Source: an uncultured delta proteobacterium (lineage in GTDB: Bacteria > Desulfobacterota > Binatia > UBA9968). From it: a DNA stretch of 64,000 bases. Positions 49,941 through 58,864 of this stretch are shown piece by piece; positions within the stretch are counted from its first letter, which is position 1, and each line of letters starts with the position of its first letter. The DNA is taken from assembly GCA_963771465.1 (NCBI GenBank), contig CAVYTU010000011.1, positions 192,001-256,000 of the forward strand, given 5' to 3'. Made by a program: the position numbers and the translations under genes. A model generated the notes under the pieces. The model did not search any database and was not told where the DNA came from. It was given only the letters and a program-made list of their open reading frames with translations.

Positions 49941-50411
49941 ATGATCGGAGTTGGACAACAAGCTCCCGACTTCGAACTGGCGAGCCACTTGGCTGGAACC
50001 AAGTTCACCCTGAATCAGTTCAAAGGTCAGAAAAACGTCATGTTGGTGTTCTATCCGCTGGATTGGACGCCAACTTGAAGCAAGGAAGTGCCGGGACTCG
50101 AAGCGTTGAAGAGCGAGTTTCAGGCCTGTGACACCCAAGTGTTGGGTGTGAGTATCGACAGCAGATTTTCCCATGATAACTGGGCAAAGTCTTTGGGCGG
50201 AATATCTTTTCCGCTCTTGCAGGATTTTCATCCGAAGGGCGACATGGCGGCGAAGTACGGCGCGTATCTCGCGGATAAAGGAATCACTGACCGTGCGACG
50301 GTCATCGTCGACAAACAAGGCCTTGTGCGCTATGCGGTTTCTGTGACCACCGCGGGCGAGCGTAACCCCAAAGAACTCTTGGCGGAATGCCAAAAGGTCA
50401 ATAAAGGATAA
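49941..50411 (+). CDS. Selenocysteine-containing peroxiredoxin (AhpC/TSA, AhpE-like)
   Basis: ORFs 49794..50078 and 50088..50411 are in one frame; TGA 50076-50078 sits at the peroxidatic position FYPLDWTPT-U-SKE; GGAGG RBS; DRATVIVDK follows. Confidence 0.85.
50090..50125 (+). promoter_or_regulatory. Candidate bacterial SECIS hairpin
   Basis: GCCGGGACTCG pairs with CGAGTTTC(A)GGC; the stem starts 11 nt after the TGA; folded by eye only. Confidence 0.45.
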
Positions 50412-50421
50412 CGGTCTGACG

Positions 50422-50661
50422 ATGGCGATGGAACTTTACTTCTACGACGAATGCGGTTTCTCGCAGAGCGTGCTCAACTGCCTGACCAATCTGCACTGTG
50501 AGGATAAGATCACAAAAAAGAATATTCGGGAAAACCCCGACTATGAAGCGGAACTGATCGCGCTCACCGGCGCGATGACGGTGCCGGTATTGGTTGTCGA
50601 CGGCAAGACGCTCAAAGGCTCTGAGGAGATTAATCAATTTCTTGTCGGGAAATTCAAGTAG
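50422..50661 (+). CDS. Glutaredoxin-like protein (CGFS)
   Basis: ECGFS, TVPVLVVDG, SEEINQFL. Confidence 0.85.
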   Translation: MAMELYFYDECGFSQSVLNCLTNLHCEDKITKKNIRENPDYEAELIALTGAMTVPVLVVDGKTLKGSEEINQFLVGKFK

Positions 50662-50687
50662 CCGAATTTGTTTTCGCCATGGGTGAT

Positions 50688-50720
50688 AGGGGACGGAGAC
50701 AATCTCCGTCCCCTTTTTTT
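50688..50720 (+). terminator. Rho-independent terminator
   Basis: AGGGGACGGAGA-CAA-TCTCCGTCCCC followed by T7. Confidence 0.88.
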
Positions 50721-50752
50721 GCACCTCAAAAAACGGAAAACCAATTCCGCAA

Positions 50753-50781
50753 CCTTCGTGTTCTTCGGATCTTGCGTGATG
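50753..50781. repeat. Degenerate copy of the right inverted repeat of the GxxExxY element
   Basis: CCTTCGTGTTCTTCGGATCTTGCGTGATG; 22/29 identical to 45465-45493 by manual alignment. Confidence 0.6.
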
Positions 50782-50858
50782 CGTGCCTTTGACTCCTGGA
50801 CGGGATCTAGCTGCACGACGACTTGCGCCGAGCGGCGAGGTGGAATAACCAAGCTTTC

Positions 50859-51649
50859 ATGCCGTTCACGGTGGCAACATATAACGTTCTGGCCAGCGCT
50901 TACATCCAGCGCGCCTGGTATCGGCGCACGCCGGCGCTGGCGCTAACGCCAGCGTGGCGGGTGCCGGCGTTGGTCCAGCATATTTCCAAGCTCGGCGCGG
51001 ACATCATTTGCCTGCAGGAGGTCGAGCCGGAAATTTTCGTTGCCTTGCGGACGACGCTCGGCGAGCGCGGCTACGGCGGCCAATACGCGCGCAAACTTGC
51101 CAGGCGACCCGACGGCGTCGCGCTGTTTTATCGGCGCGAGATTCTTGAATTGCTCAGCGCCCGCGTGCTCGCTTACACGGATGGCGCTGGCGCGCCGGAT
51201 TCCGGTTACGTTGCGTCAATTGCGCTATTGCGCAGCGCCGACGGCATACTCGGCATTATCAATACGCATCTCATATGGGACGCGCCTGGAACAGCGCCAG
51301 CGGCGCAAATCGGTTTACGTCAAGCGCGGCAACTCTTGACCGAGTACGAGGGCTGCGCGGCCGATGCGCGCGGCTGGATCGTCAGCGGCGATCTCAACGT
51401 GACGCCGCAGAGCGAAATTGTCGCCCTGATGGAACAATCCGGTTTTCGATATGCGCACTGCGATCTCCCAGATGTTTATACTTGCAACGTCGGCGCAAAA
51501 GCGCGCCTGATCGACTATCTATTCCATTCGGCGAAATTTTACGCAACCCATTGGCGCCGACTCGGATCGATGACAAAACTATTTTGCCATCGGCGAGTGA
51601 GCCGTCGGATCACGTGGCGCTTATGGCGACGTTCACCTGGAAAGATTAG
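50859..51649 (+). CDS. Endonuclease/exonuclease/phosphatase (CCR4/nocturnin-like), frameshift near 51545
   Basis: ATYNVLA, DIICLQEV, NTHL, GDLN, IDYLF; PSDH in the next frame. Confidence 0.88.
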
Positions 51650-53061
51650 GCGAGTCGATCGAGTTGCCAGGCGGTGACCAAAGCGTATTGAATTCGCTTG
51701 ATCATGACGAAGGCTTCCCTTAGGTGGCGACGTTCTAAGATTGACAAGTCGGCAAGGACCACGCTGTGATCGATCGCGCGCATGGCCGTCAGGGACTTTA
51801 GTTGTGCCTGAAGCCTGAGCTTAAAAAAGAATGGATAGATTTCGCTCAGAGCGGTGGCATCTTCTTGGCTGAGTAGTGCGCTGGATGTTTTCGCGACTGC
51901 GAGCCGCTCCAGCGTTGACCGTTCAAGTGATCCGGCGGCGAGTGCGGCGACGCGCGCTAGGCCAACGATGGGAGCGATGCCGCTTCGCTTCAAATCCACC
52001 TTGCCGTGGGTTCCGCGCAGGCGATTGAAAAATCCCAAAGGTGGGTAGAAGTCCATCGCGCCGCGCACCATGTGCGAAAGAAATAGTTTTTGCGATTTCG
52101 CCGAGTCGATAATTTCGTCAAGCGATTCGAGCGAAAGATTTCCCGCGACGGCGCGAAAGTCGAAAAAAATCGCGGCGTCGAGCAACGCTTCCGGTTTCGG
52201 CAGCCGGATCCATTGACTGAAAAGTTCACGCCACTGTGCTAGCGGCTTACACCAGTTGGTCGCCATAAATCCGCCGGCGCAGGGCGGAAAGCCGGCTTGA
52301 ATTAAGCCGTTTACTACTTCGTGCCCCAACGCAGTGAAGTAAACGCGCGCGGCATCAGATTCCACCCCGTAGATTAGCGCGTTGTCTTGATCGGTGAGCA
52401 GCGCCTGCTCTAGCCTTCCTTCGGAGCCAAAGGCGATCCAGGCAAACTGCGTCGGCGCGCTGCCAAGTTTGGCAATGGCCAGCGCGACGAGGCGTCTGAC
52501 CAGAGCGTCGTTGAGACTCGAAACGATCTCGCTGATGTGAATGGCAGCGAGGCCGCTATTGAAAAGTGAGCTTACCAATTGGCCGATTTCTCCGGCGTAG
52601 TTGGCAGCTTTAGCGGAATCGTCCAGCGATTCGATGAAGCCGCGCAGATAAACCGGACTTTTCCCCTGTTGAAATAGCAAATCAGTGGCGCTCACCACGC
52701 CGACGATTTTTCCTGCTTCAGTCACCGGTAGATGATGAATGTTTTCTTCGAGCATCAGGCGCAGCGCGGCGTAGGTTGGCGCGTTGGCATCGATGGTCTT
52801 CACCGGTCGAGTCATGACTTGGCTGACCGAAGTTTCGGCTCCTAGACTCGCGGCCAGAACTCGGCCGCGCAGATCGCGGTCGGTGACGATACCCGGGGGC
52901 GCCGTAGAGACTAAAATGGATCCGACGCGCTCTGCTTGCATCGCCTGCGCCGCCTCGGCGACGGTGGCGCTGGCTTCAACGTAGAGCGGCGCGCGCTTGA
53001 CGAGATGCCTTACCGGCAGCGCGAGAGTCGAATTGTCTAGAGTGGAGTTAGAGTTTGCCAT
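51646..53061 (-). CDS. CBS-pair plus DUF294 putative nucleotidyltransferase
   Basis: GIVTDRDLR, GSEGRLEQALLTDQDN, IFFDFR, VDLK; typical neighbour of solute symporter loci. Confidence 0.92.
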   Translation of the reverse strand: MANSNSTLDNSTLALPVRHLVKRAPLYVEASATVAEAAQAMQAERVGSILVSTAPPGIVTDRDLRGRVLAASLGAETSVSQVMTRPVKTIDANAPTYAALRLMLEENIHHLPVTEAGKIVGVVSATDLLFQQGKSPVYLRGFIESLDDSAKAANYAGEIGQLVSSLFNSGLAAIHISEIVSSLNDALVRRLVALAIAKLGSAPTQFAWIAFGSEGRLEQALLTDQDNALIYGVESDAARVYFTALGHEVVNGLIQAGFPPCAGGFMATNWCKPLAQWRELFSQWIRLPKPEALLDAAIFFDFRAVAGNLSLESLDEIIDSAKSQKLFLSHMVRGAMDFYPPLGFFNRLRGTHGKVDLKRSGIAPIVGLARVAALAAGSLERSTLERLAVAKTSSALLSQEDATALSEIYPFFFKLRLQAQLKSLTAMRAIDHSVVLADLSILERRHLREAFVMIKRIQYALVTAWQLDRLA

Positions 53062-53165
53062 GAGAGCAGCGGTTGCCGGTGCATAGCGCCTCGGAAGAGT
53101 CGCGCTATCAGTCTAAGGCGCAAGGTTGCGGTTAGGCAAATCGACGCTTTGCGGGGTCGGCAGGA

Positions 53166-53444
53166 TCATCTTGGCCAGAATCGGCCGGCAAAAATCAGCA
53201 GCAGCCAAAGCAGCCCGTAGAAAAAAAGTGCGGCGGAAATGATGCGGTCGTCGGGAGTGTCTGGGTTTAACCATTTTTTCACCGGTAGAGTCAGCGGCGC
53301 CGTGACGACGGAAAAAAACCAACGAAGCTTGCTGTCTGGCTTGCGGCTCAAGTGCGCGACGAGCTTGTGCAGGGCAAGATAGAAAACCGCCATGAAGCAA
53401 AAGAAACGCAGCAGAAAAATGATTTGCCCGATGGGATCTATCAA
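53166..53444 (-). CDS. Small membrane protein
   Basis: Two hydrophobic segments; lies in the symporter operon; start uncertain. Confidence 0.6.
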   Translation of the reverse strand: MIDPIGQIIFLLRFFCFMAVFYLALHKLVAHLSRKPDSKLRWFFSVVTAPLTLPVKKWLNPDTPDDRIISAALFFYGLLWLLLIFAGRFWPR

Positions 53445-53504
53445 ATTAGCGACGGTGTGCCGGGGCGAGATGAGCTCATCTCGCCCCGGTGGGTAGAAGT
53501 TATG

Positions 53505-55433
53505 TTAATGCGCCCGCGCTGGCAAATCGCGTCCCAGCGGATCGCCGGTGGTGGCTTGACCGCTCTTTGGATAGCGCACACTGGCGACCAGATCTTGGAC
53601 TTGCTTCGAAGGTTCCTCTGTCATCAGCGAAACAATCCATATGGTGATGAATCCGACCGGTAGCCCGAACGCAGCTGAAGCGATAGTCTGGGTGCCAAAC
53701 CAAGAGACGCCGTAGAACCGGCTGCCGATCATGTAGTAAGCAGTCACGGCCAAACCGGCGATCATGCCTACGCATGCTCCTGTCTTGTTTGCCCGCTTCC
53801 ACCAGATACCCATAACCAGCGCCGGAAAAAATGATGCGCCGGCCAAACTGAACGCCCACGCTACAAGCTCGACGATGATGGCGACCCGGAACGTCGCAAC
53901 CCAGGCAGCGATCAGGGCGGTTACGACGAGCAATACTTTTGTGATGGTCAGTCGCTTGGTCAGCGACGCCTTGGGGTCGATGACGTTGTAGTACAGGTCA
54001 TGGGAGAAAGCATTGGCGATGGTCAATAAGAGCCCGTCCGCCGTGGACAGCGCCGCCGCTAAACCGCCGGCCATCACCAGGCCCGTGATCACGAATGGCA
54101 GGCCCGCAACCTCGGGCATCGACAGAACCACGAAGTCGGTGGACTTGACCACGAAGTCCGCCCACTGCACGATGCCGTCGCCGTTCTTATCGATCACGTC
54201 GAAGAGGCCGGCGGGCTGCCACAACGTGATCCAGCGCGGCAGGTCCGCGATCTGCGTGCCGACCAATTTTGCATAGATCACGAAACGGGCGAAGGCGGCA
54301 TACGCCGGCGCGGTGAAATAAAGCAGGAAAATAAAAAACAATGACCAGGCCACCGATGTGCGCGCCTCTCGCACCGAAGGGGTCGTATAGTAACGCGTGA
54401 GGATATGCGGCAGGCCCGCGGTGCCGACCATCAAGCAGAAAGTCAACGCCAGGAAGTTCCACATGCCGACGCCGCTTGGCACCGTCAGGTACCGGCCAAT
54501 TTTAGCATCGTCGCTTGCCGCGGGTGCGGTCGCCTGCTGGGTCGCTGTCTTTGCCGCCGCCTTGAGTTTGTCAACCTCGGCGTCGCTCAGATTACCCATT
54601 TTAATCTTCGCATTGGCCTCATCGGCATCCTTTTTCCACAGCGCGCGCGTCTCTTTCTCCTTGGCATCACGGGTGATCTCGATCGCTTTGGTATTGTTGG
54701 TCTGCAAGAGCCTGCCGTAAGTGAGCTCGGGGATAGGAATCGCGAACAGCTGATAGGAAAGATAGACGACCGGAACCAGATACGAAACGATCAAGATGAT
54801 GTACTGCGCCACCTGCGTCCAAGTGACCGACTTCATGCCGCCGAGCACCGAGCAGAAGAGCACGCCGATCAGGCCGACGAAGACGCCGATGTTGAAATCC
54901 AAGCCGATGAAGCGCGAGACGATGAGGCCAACGCCGGTTACTTGCGCGATCAGATAGGTGAAGGAGCAGGCGATCGCGGCGACAACGCCAATGACGCGGG
55001 CGAAATGGCCGCCATACCGGGCGCCGAGAAAATCCGGAATCGTGTAAGCGCCAAATTGCCGAAGATAGGGTCCCAAAAACACCGCGAGCAAGAGATAGCC
55101 GCCGGTCCAACCCATCACATAGGCAAGCCCGGCGAATCCCTGCGCAGACAACGCGCCAGCCATGGAGATGAACGACGCCGCTGACATCCAATCCGAGCCC
55201 GTGGCCATGCCGTTGAACACGGCCGGAACACCGCGACCGGCGACATAGTACTGATCGGGATTCGACGTCCGCGTGATAATCCCGATCACGATGTAGATTC
55301 CGAGCGAGAGGCCCATGAAGATCCAACCGATCCACTGCGGTGACAGGCCGAAGAGCTGCTCGGCAATGCCGATGAGAATGGTGACACCAAGAAAACAAAC
55401 CGTGTAGAGGCCGAATATTTTAGCTAAACTCAT
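53505..55433 (-). CDS. Sodium:solute symporter (ActP-like, VC_2705 type)
   Basis: GMATGSDWMSAASFISMAG, WTQVAQY, GTAGLPHILTRYYT, AALSTADGLLL. Confidence 0.93.
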   Translation of the reverse strand: MSLAKIFGLYTVCFLGVTILIGIAEQLFGLSPQWIGWIFMGLSLGIYIVIGIITRTSNPDQYYVAGRGVPAVFNGMATGSDWMSAASFISMAGALSAQGFAGLAYVMGWTGGYLLLAVFLGPYLRQFGAYTIPDFLGARYGGHFARVIGVVAAIACSFTYLIAQVTGVGLIVSRFIGLDFNIGVFVGLIGVLFCSVLGGMKSVTWTQVAQYIILIVSYLVPVVYLSYQLFAIPIPELTYGRLLQTNNTKAIEITRDAKEKETRALWKKDADEANAKIKMGNLSDAEVDKLKAAAKTATQQATAPAASDDAKIGRYLTVPSGVGMWNFLALTFCLMVGTAGLPHILTRYYTTPSVREARTSVAWSLFFIFLLYFTAPAYAAFARFVIYAKLVGTQIADLPRWITLWQPAGLFDVIDKNGDGIVQWADFVVKSTDFVVLSMPEVAGLPFVITGLVMAGGLAAALSTADGLLLTIANAFSHDLYYNVIDPKASLTKRLTITKVLLVVTALIAAWVATFRVAIIVELVAWAFSLAGASFFPALVMGIWWKRANKTGACVGMIAGLAVTAYYMIGSRFYGVSWFGTQTIASAAFGLPVGFITIWIVSLMTEEPSKQVQDLVASVRYPKSGQATTGDPLGRDLPARAH

Positions 55434-55436
55434 GGC

Positions 55437-55706
55437 TCATCCCTCCTCATTGATGCCGTATTTGAGATCGTGCGCATTCATCAGCTTGGCGTACACGGCG
55501 ATCTCGATAACGAAGATCGCCAGCGAGCCCTGCGCCGCCATGTAGTAACCGAGAGGAAAACCCAGGAACGAGAATTGATTGAGCCAACCCGCCCAAAGGC
55601 CCGAGATAAGATAGGTGACAACGAACCAGATGATGAGCAGGACGGTGGTGAGAGTAACGTTATATTGCCAATACGACTTCTTTTGTTCCTCTGTGAGATC
55701 AGCCAT
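55437..55706 (-). CDS. DUF4212 symporter small subunit
   Basis: YW...LLIIWFVV...GFPLGYYMAAQGS; GAGGAGG RBS. Confidence 0.9.
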   Translation of the reverse strand: MADLTEEQKKSYWQYNVTLTTVLLIIWFVVTYLISGLWAGWLNQFSFLGFPLGYYMAAQGSLAIFVIEIAVYAKLMNAHDLKYGINEEG

Positions 55707-56026
55707 AAGCACCTCCTCGATGCGGTTTGGACCCAGCCACTACAAGAGAACATTGTCGTTATGAACGTTATGTCATTCGAGTAGCCCCAGTGTTCCATGA
55801 TTGGAGTGCCACTCGTGGTGAGACATCAGTATCGACTCCCCAGGGCGATAACGGCGAGTTAGCGCCAGAGGCAGAGGAGCAATTGATATGCGCGGGCTTA
55901 ACAAAGGCAGCGACAAGCTGTCAAGCGGTATTTTTGAAACGGTGGTTGACGGTCAAACCGTACCTGACGTAATTTAGGTTTCCCTAGAAACACATTTATG
56001 CTGACAGAAGGGAGCAAATTTGCCTC

Positions 56027-56908
56027 ATGGAAAACCGCCGCTATGACTATTCCCCGATCATTCGCCGGCCGAAAATCGAATGGCCCGATCACGGCCGTAT
56101 CGCGCTGTGGGTGGCGCCGAATATTGAATATTTCCACTACGACATGCCGATCCGCGGTTCGGGCAGCAATCACACGCCCGACGTGCCCGGCTACACGCTA
56201 CGCGACTATGGCTCGCGCGTCGGCGTCTTCCGCATCATGGACGTGCTCGACAAATATGCCATTCGCGCCAGCGTGCTTTTGAATGCCGAAGTGTGCGAGC
56301 ACCATCCGGCGATCATCGAAGAAGGCAATAAGCGCAAATGGGAATGGCTCGGTCATGGCATGACCAATAGTATTTCGATGCTCGACTACGCGCCCGAGGA
56401 AGAGCACGGCATCATTCGCAAGGTCAAAGAGATTATCACCAAGTCGACCGGCAAAGCGCCGAAAGGTTGGCTCGGTCCGGGCCTGGGTGAGACTTACGAT
56501 ACGCCGGATCATCTGGCGGCGGAAGGTTTCGAATACGTTTGCGACTGGGGCAACGACGAGCAGCCGACGCCCATGCGGGTGAAAAGCGGACGGATGATCG
56601 TCATTCCTTACGAGCTGGGCGTCAATGATATCCGAGTATTTCAACGCGAGAATCATACGCCGGAGCAGTACTATCGAATGGTTTGCGATCACTTCGATAC
56701 ACTCTACAAAGACAGCGCGACGGGCGGTCGCGTGTTGTGTCTGCCGCTCCATCCGTTTGTGATCGGCATGCCGTTCCGCATCAACTATCTCGACAAGGCG
56801 CTCGACTACATGTGCGCGCACGAAGGCGTGTGGCGCACCACCGGATGGGAGATCGCCGAGTGGTACTACAAGCACTACTATAAAGATCCCGGAAAGTTTG
56901 CGGGTTAG
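56027..56908 (+). CDS. Polysaccharide deacetylase family protein (PuuE-like)
   Basis: RYDYSPI, RDYGSRVG, WLGHG, GWLGPG, LPLHP. Confidence 0.9.
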   Translation: MENRRYDYSPIIRRPKIEWPDHGRIALWVAPNIEYFHYDMPIRGSGSNHTPDVPGYTLRDYGSRVGVFRIMDVLDKYAIRASVLLNAEVCEHHPAIIEEGNKRKWEWLGHGMTNSISMLDYAPEEEHGIIRKVKEIITKSTGKAPKGWLGPGLGETYDTPDHLAAEGFEYVCDWGNDEQPTPMRVKSGRMIVIPYELGVNDIRVFQRENHTPEQYYRMVCDHFDTLYKDSATGGRVLCLPLHPFVIGMPFRINYLDKALDYMCAHEGVWRTTGWEIAEWYYKHYYKDPGKFAG

Positions 56909-56909
56909 G

Positions 56910-57089
56910 GTGAACAGTACGAATGCCAAGGCGAAAGAGACTTTCAAAGAAGAGATCGGCGACACCGAGTACAAACCGTTATTGCCACCGGATCAGAAGC
57001 CGCCGTTGGAGCTGAATAGAGATTTGATTGAACGTTACCGGCCGGCGATGCGCGAGCATTATCTAAAATTGAAACCCGTGTTCAGCTAG
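56910..57089 (+). pseudogene. C-terminal fragment resembling AbgB-type M20 amidohydrolases
   Basis: AKETFKEEIGDTEYKPLLPPDQKPPLELNRDLIERYRPAMREHY; recognised from memory of the family C-terminus; no catalytic domain. Confidence 0.5.
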
Positions 57090-57195
57090 CAAAACTCGTT
57101 TCGCAGGACTCGCCCTCAGCCGGCGAGCTATGATATTGTTTCACTTCACCCCGGCTGCGAATTCAGATGAATTCCATCGGGTGCGCAGCGACCGG

Positions 57196-57915
57196 TTACC
57201 GTTCGCTCACCTCCGCCGTGAGCGTTACCGTCGAGCGCACGTCGACTGTTCCCGGTTCGACCGGTGTCGGCGCCTGAGCGGCGAGAGCTTCGCCGCGCGC
57301 CATTGGCGCTTGGCGATAGATGGGTTGAAAGGATCGTTCGCCTTCGATCACGGCTGTGATTCGCAGCACTTTCAATCCCAGCGATGCGGCGATCGCTTCG
57401 GCTTTGGTTTTTGCTTTTGCCGAAGCTTGACGCAGCGCGTCGAGGCGCGCGGCTTCTTCGTCTTTTAGCGTGAACAGCAAACGGTTGATGTTATTGGCGC
57501 CGGCCTGCATGGCGGCGTCGATCAACTTGCCGACTTCGTCGAGCTTGGCCGTCTTGATGCGCACGATGTTATTCGCCGTGTAGCCGACGATCTCCGGCTT
57601 GCCGCCCTGGGGATAGCGATACTGCGGGTTGAGCCCGTAGCCGCTGGTTTTAACTTCGTCGCCTTTGCCTAGCAGCTTTTTCACTTCGGCGAGCACGCGC
57701 GCCAGCCGTTCGGCGTTTTCTCTCGACGCGTCCGGCGCACTGCGCGCTTGGGTTGTCACGCCGATATCGATCTGGGCTTGGTCCGGTTCGGCGGCGATGG
57801 TGGCTTCGCCGTTCACGGTGATCGATGGCGGCCGTGGCCGCTCGGCAGCCGGTTGGGCATCGACGGTTGCAACCGACAACAGCATAGCGATGACGATAGC
57901 TGGAATTATTTTCAT
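57196..57915 (-). CDS. SIMPL (DUF541/YggE) domain protein
   Basis: Signal peptide; ITVNGEA...EPDQA, GYTANN, AGANNIN, PVEPG. Confidence 0.92.
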   Translation of the reverse strand: MKIIPAIVIAMLLSVATVDAQPAAERPRPPSITVNGEATIAAEPDQAQIDIGVTTQARSAPDASRENAERLARVLAEVKKLLGKGDEVKTSGYGLNPQYRYPQGGKPEIVGYTANNIVRIKTAKLDEVGKLIDAAMQAGANNINRLLFTLKDEEAARLDALRQASAKAKTKAEAIAASLGLKVLRITAVIEGERSFQPIYRQAPMARGEALAAQAPTPVEPGTVDVRSTVTLTAEVSER

Positions 57916-58017
57916 TGGTATTCCTTTCGCTGCGCGCCGGCGGTTCCACGCTACCGGAAATCTCCTGGAGCCGCCAGGCTTGTAATTTTGCCGCAAATTA
58001 ATAAACAGTTAGACGCG

Positions 58018-58806
58018 ATGCACAAGCAAATGTTCATGTCACAGCTATTGTTCTGGCTGGCGTTACTGACGATGGGCTGTTCGTTGGGGCGGGACAAACT
58101 TGGCTGGCGGGTCAGAGACATGGTGCTGAGGCAAACGTCGGTGGTGAATCTTCGCGACTTTAACGAGAATATCGTTGTTACGCTGCCGACTAAGGCGCTG
58201 CAACAAATGATGCTCGCCCATTTCCGCATTGCCCGATCGGCAAATATCCAAGCTGAGCTTTTTATCGTCGACGGCGCGGAGCCCAACGCTTTTGCCGGCC
58301 TCCATGCCGGTCAAAGAATCATCGGCATCAACGTCGGCATGATGAAATTGATCGGCGACGAGGCCGACGAATATGCAGCGTTGATCGGCCATGAAGCGGC
58401 GCATTGGGCCAAGGGTCATGTCGACTCGGGCCAGGTGCGGGCCAATACGCTGAACGCCGTCGGCACGCTGGTCGGCGCCGGCTTGGGATTGGCGGGCGTA
58501 CCGGCCGGCGGCTTGATTGCCGGCCTCGGCGTCGATCTGATCGATGCGTCCTACAGCCGCGAGCACGAGCGCGAGGCCGACGCGCAAGGCTTTGAGTACA
58601 TGTGGGCCAATGGTTACGACCCGCGCGCGGCGATCAAATTACACGAAAAGGTGCACAGCGCCGGCCGCGGTTTTCGCCTGCCGTTTCTGTCCAGTCATCC
58701 GAGCGGTGACGAGCGCATTGAGAATCTCAGAGCGCTGATCGATGCCAAATCAGCGCCAAGCCGCGCCGCTCCAGCGCTAGCGAGTGAGACTGAATCGTCA
58801 AATTAG
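58018..58806 (+). CDS. M48-family zinc metallopeptidase
   Basis: PNAFA, GHEAAH, YSREHEREAD, GYDP, SSHP...ERI; start uncertain. Confidence 0.9.
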   Translation: MHKQMFMSQLLFWLALLTMGCSLGRDKLGWRVRDMVLRQTSVVNLRDFNENIVVTLPTKALQQMMLAHFRIARSANIQAELFIVDGAEPNAFAGLHAGQRIIGINVGMMKLIGDEADEYAALIGHEAAHWAKGHVDSGQVRANTLNAVGTLVGAGLGLAGVPAGGLIAGLGVDLIDASYSREHEREADAQGFEYMWANGYDPRAAIKLHEKVHSAGRGFRLPFLSSHPSGDERIENLRALIDAKSAPSRAAPALASETESSN

Positions 58807-58864
58807 CATTAGCAAAATTGCGCTTTGATTGCGCCGCTTGTCGGCTTCCTGCTAAATCAATCAT

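Noticed and set aside
54405-55398. Long antisense and alternate-frame ORFs over the symporter (and similar ones across the window)
   Set aside because: These are typical high-GC shadow ORFs without motifs, overlapping well-supported genes.
55710-56020. Riboswitch or sigma54 promoter upstream of the symporter operon
   Set aside because: No recognisable aptamer consensus; the TGGCAC lacks a correctly spaced TTGC. An Rfam scan would settle it.
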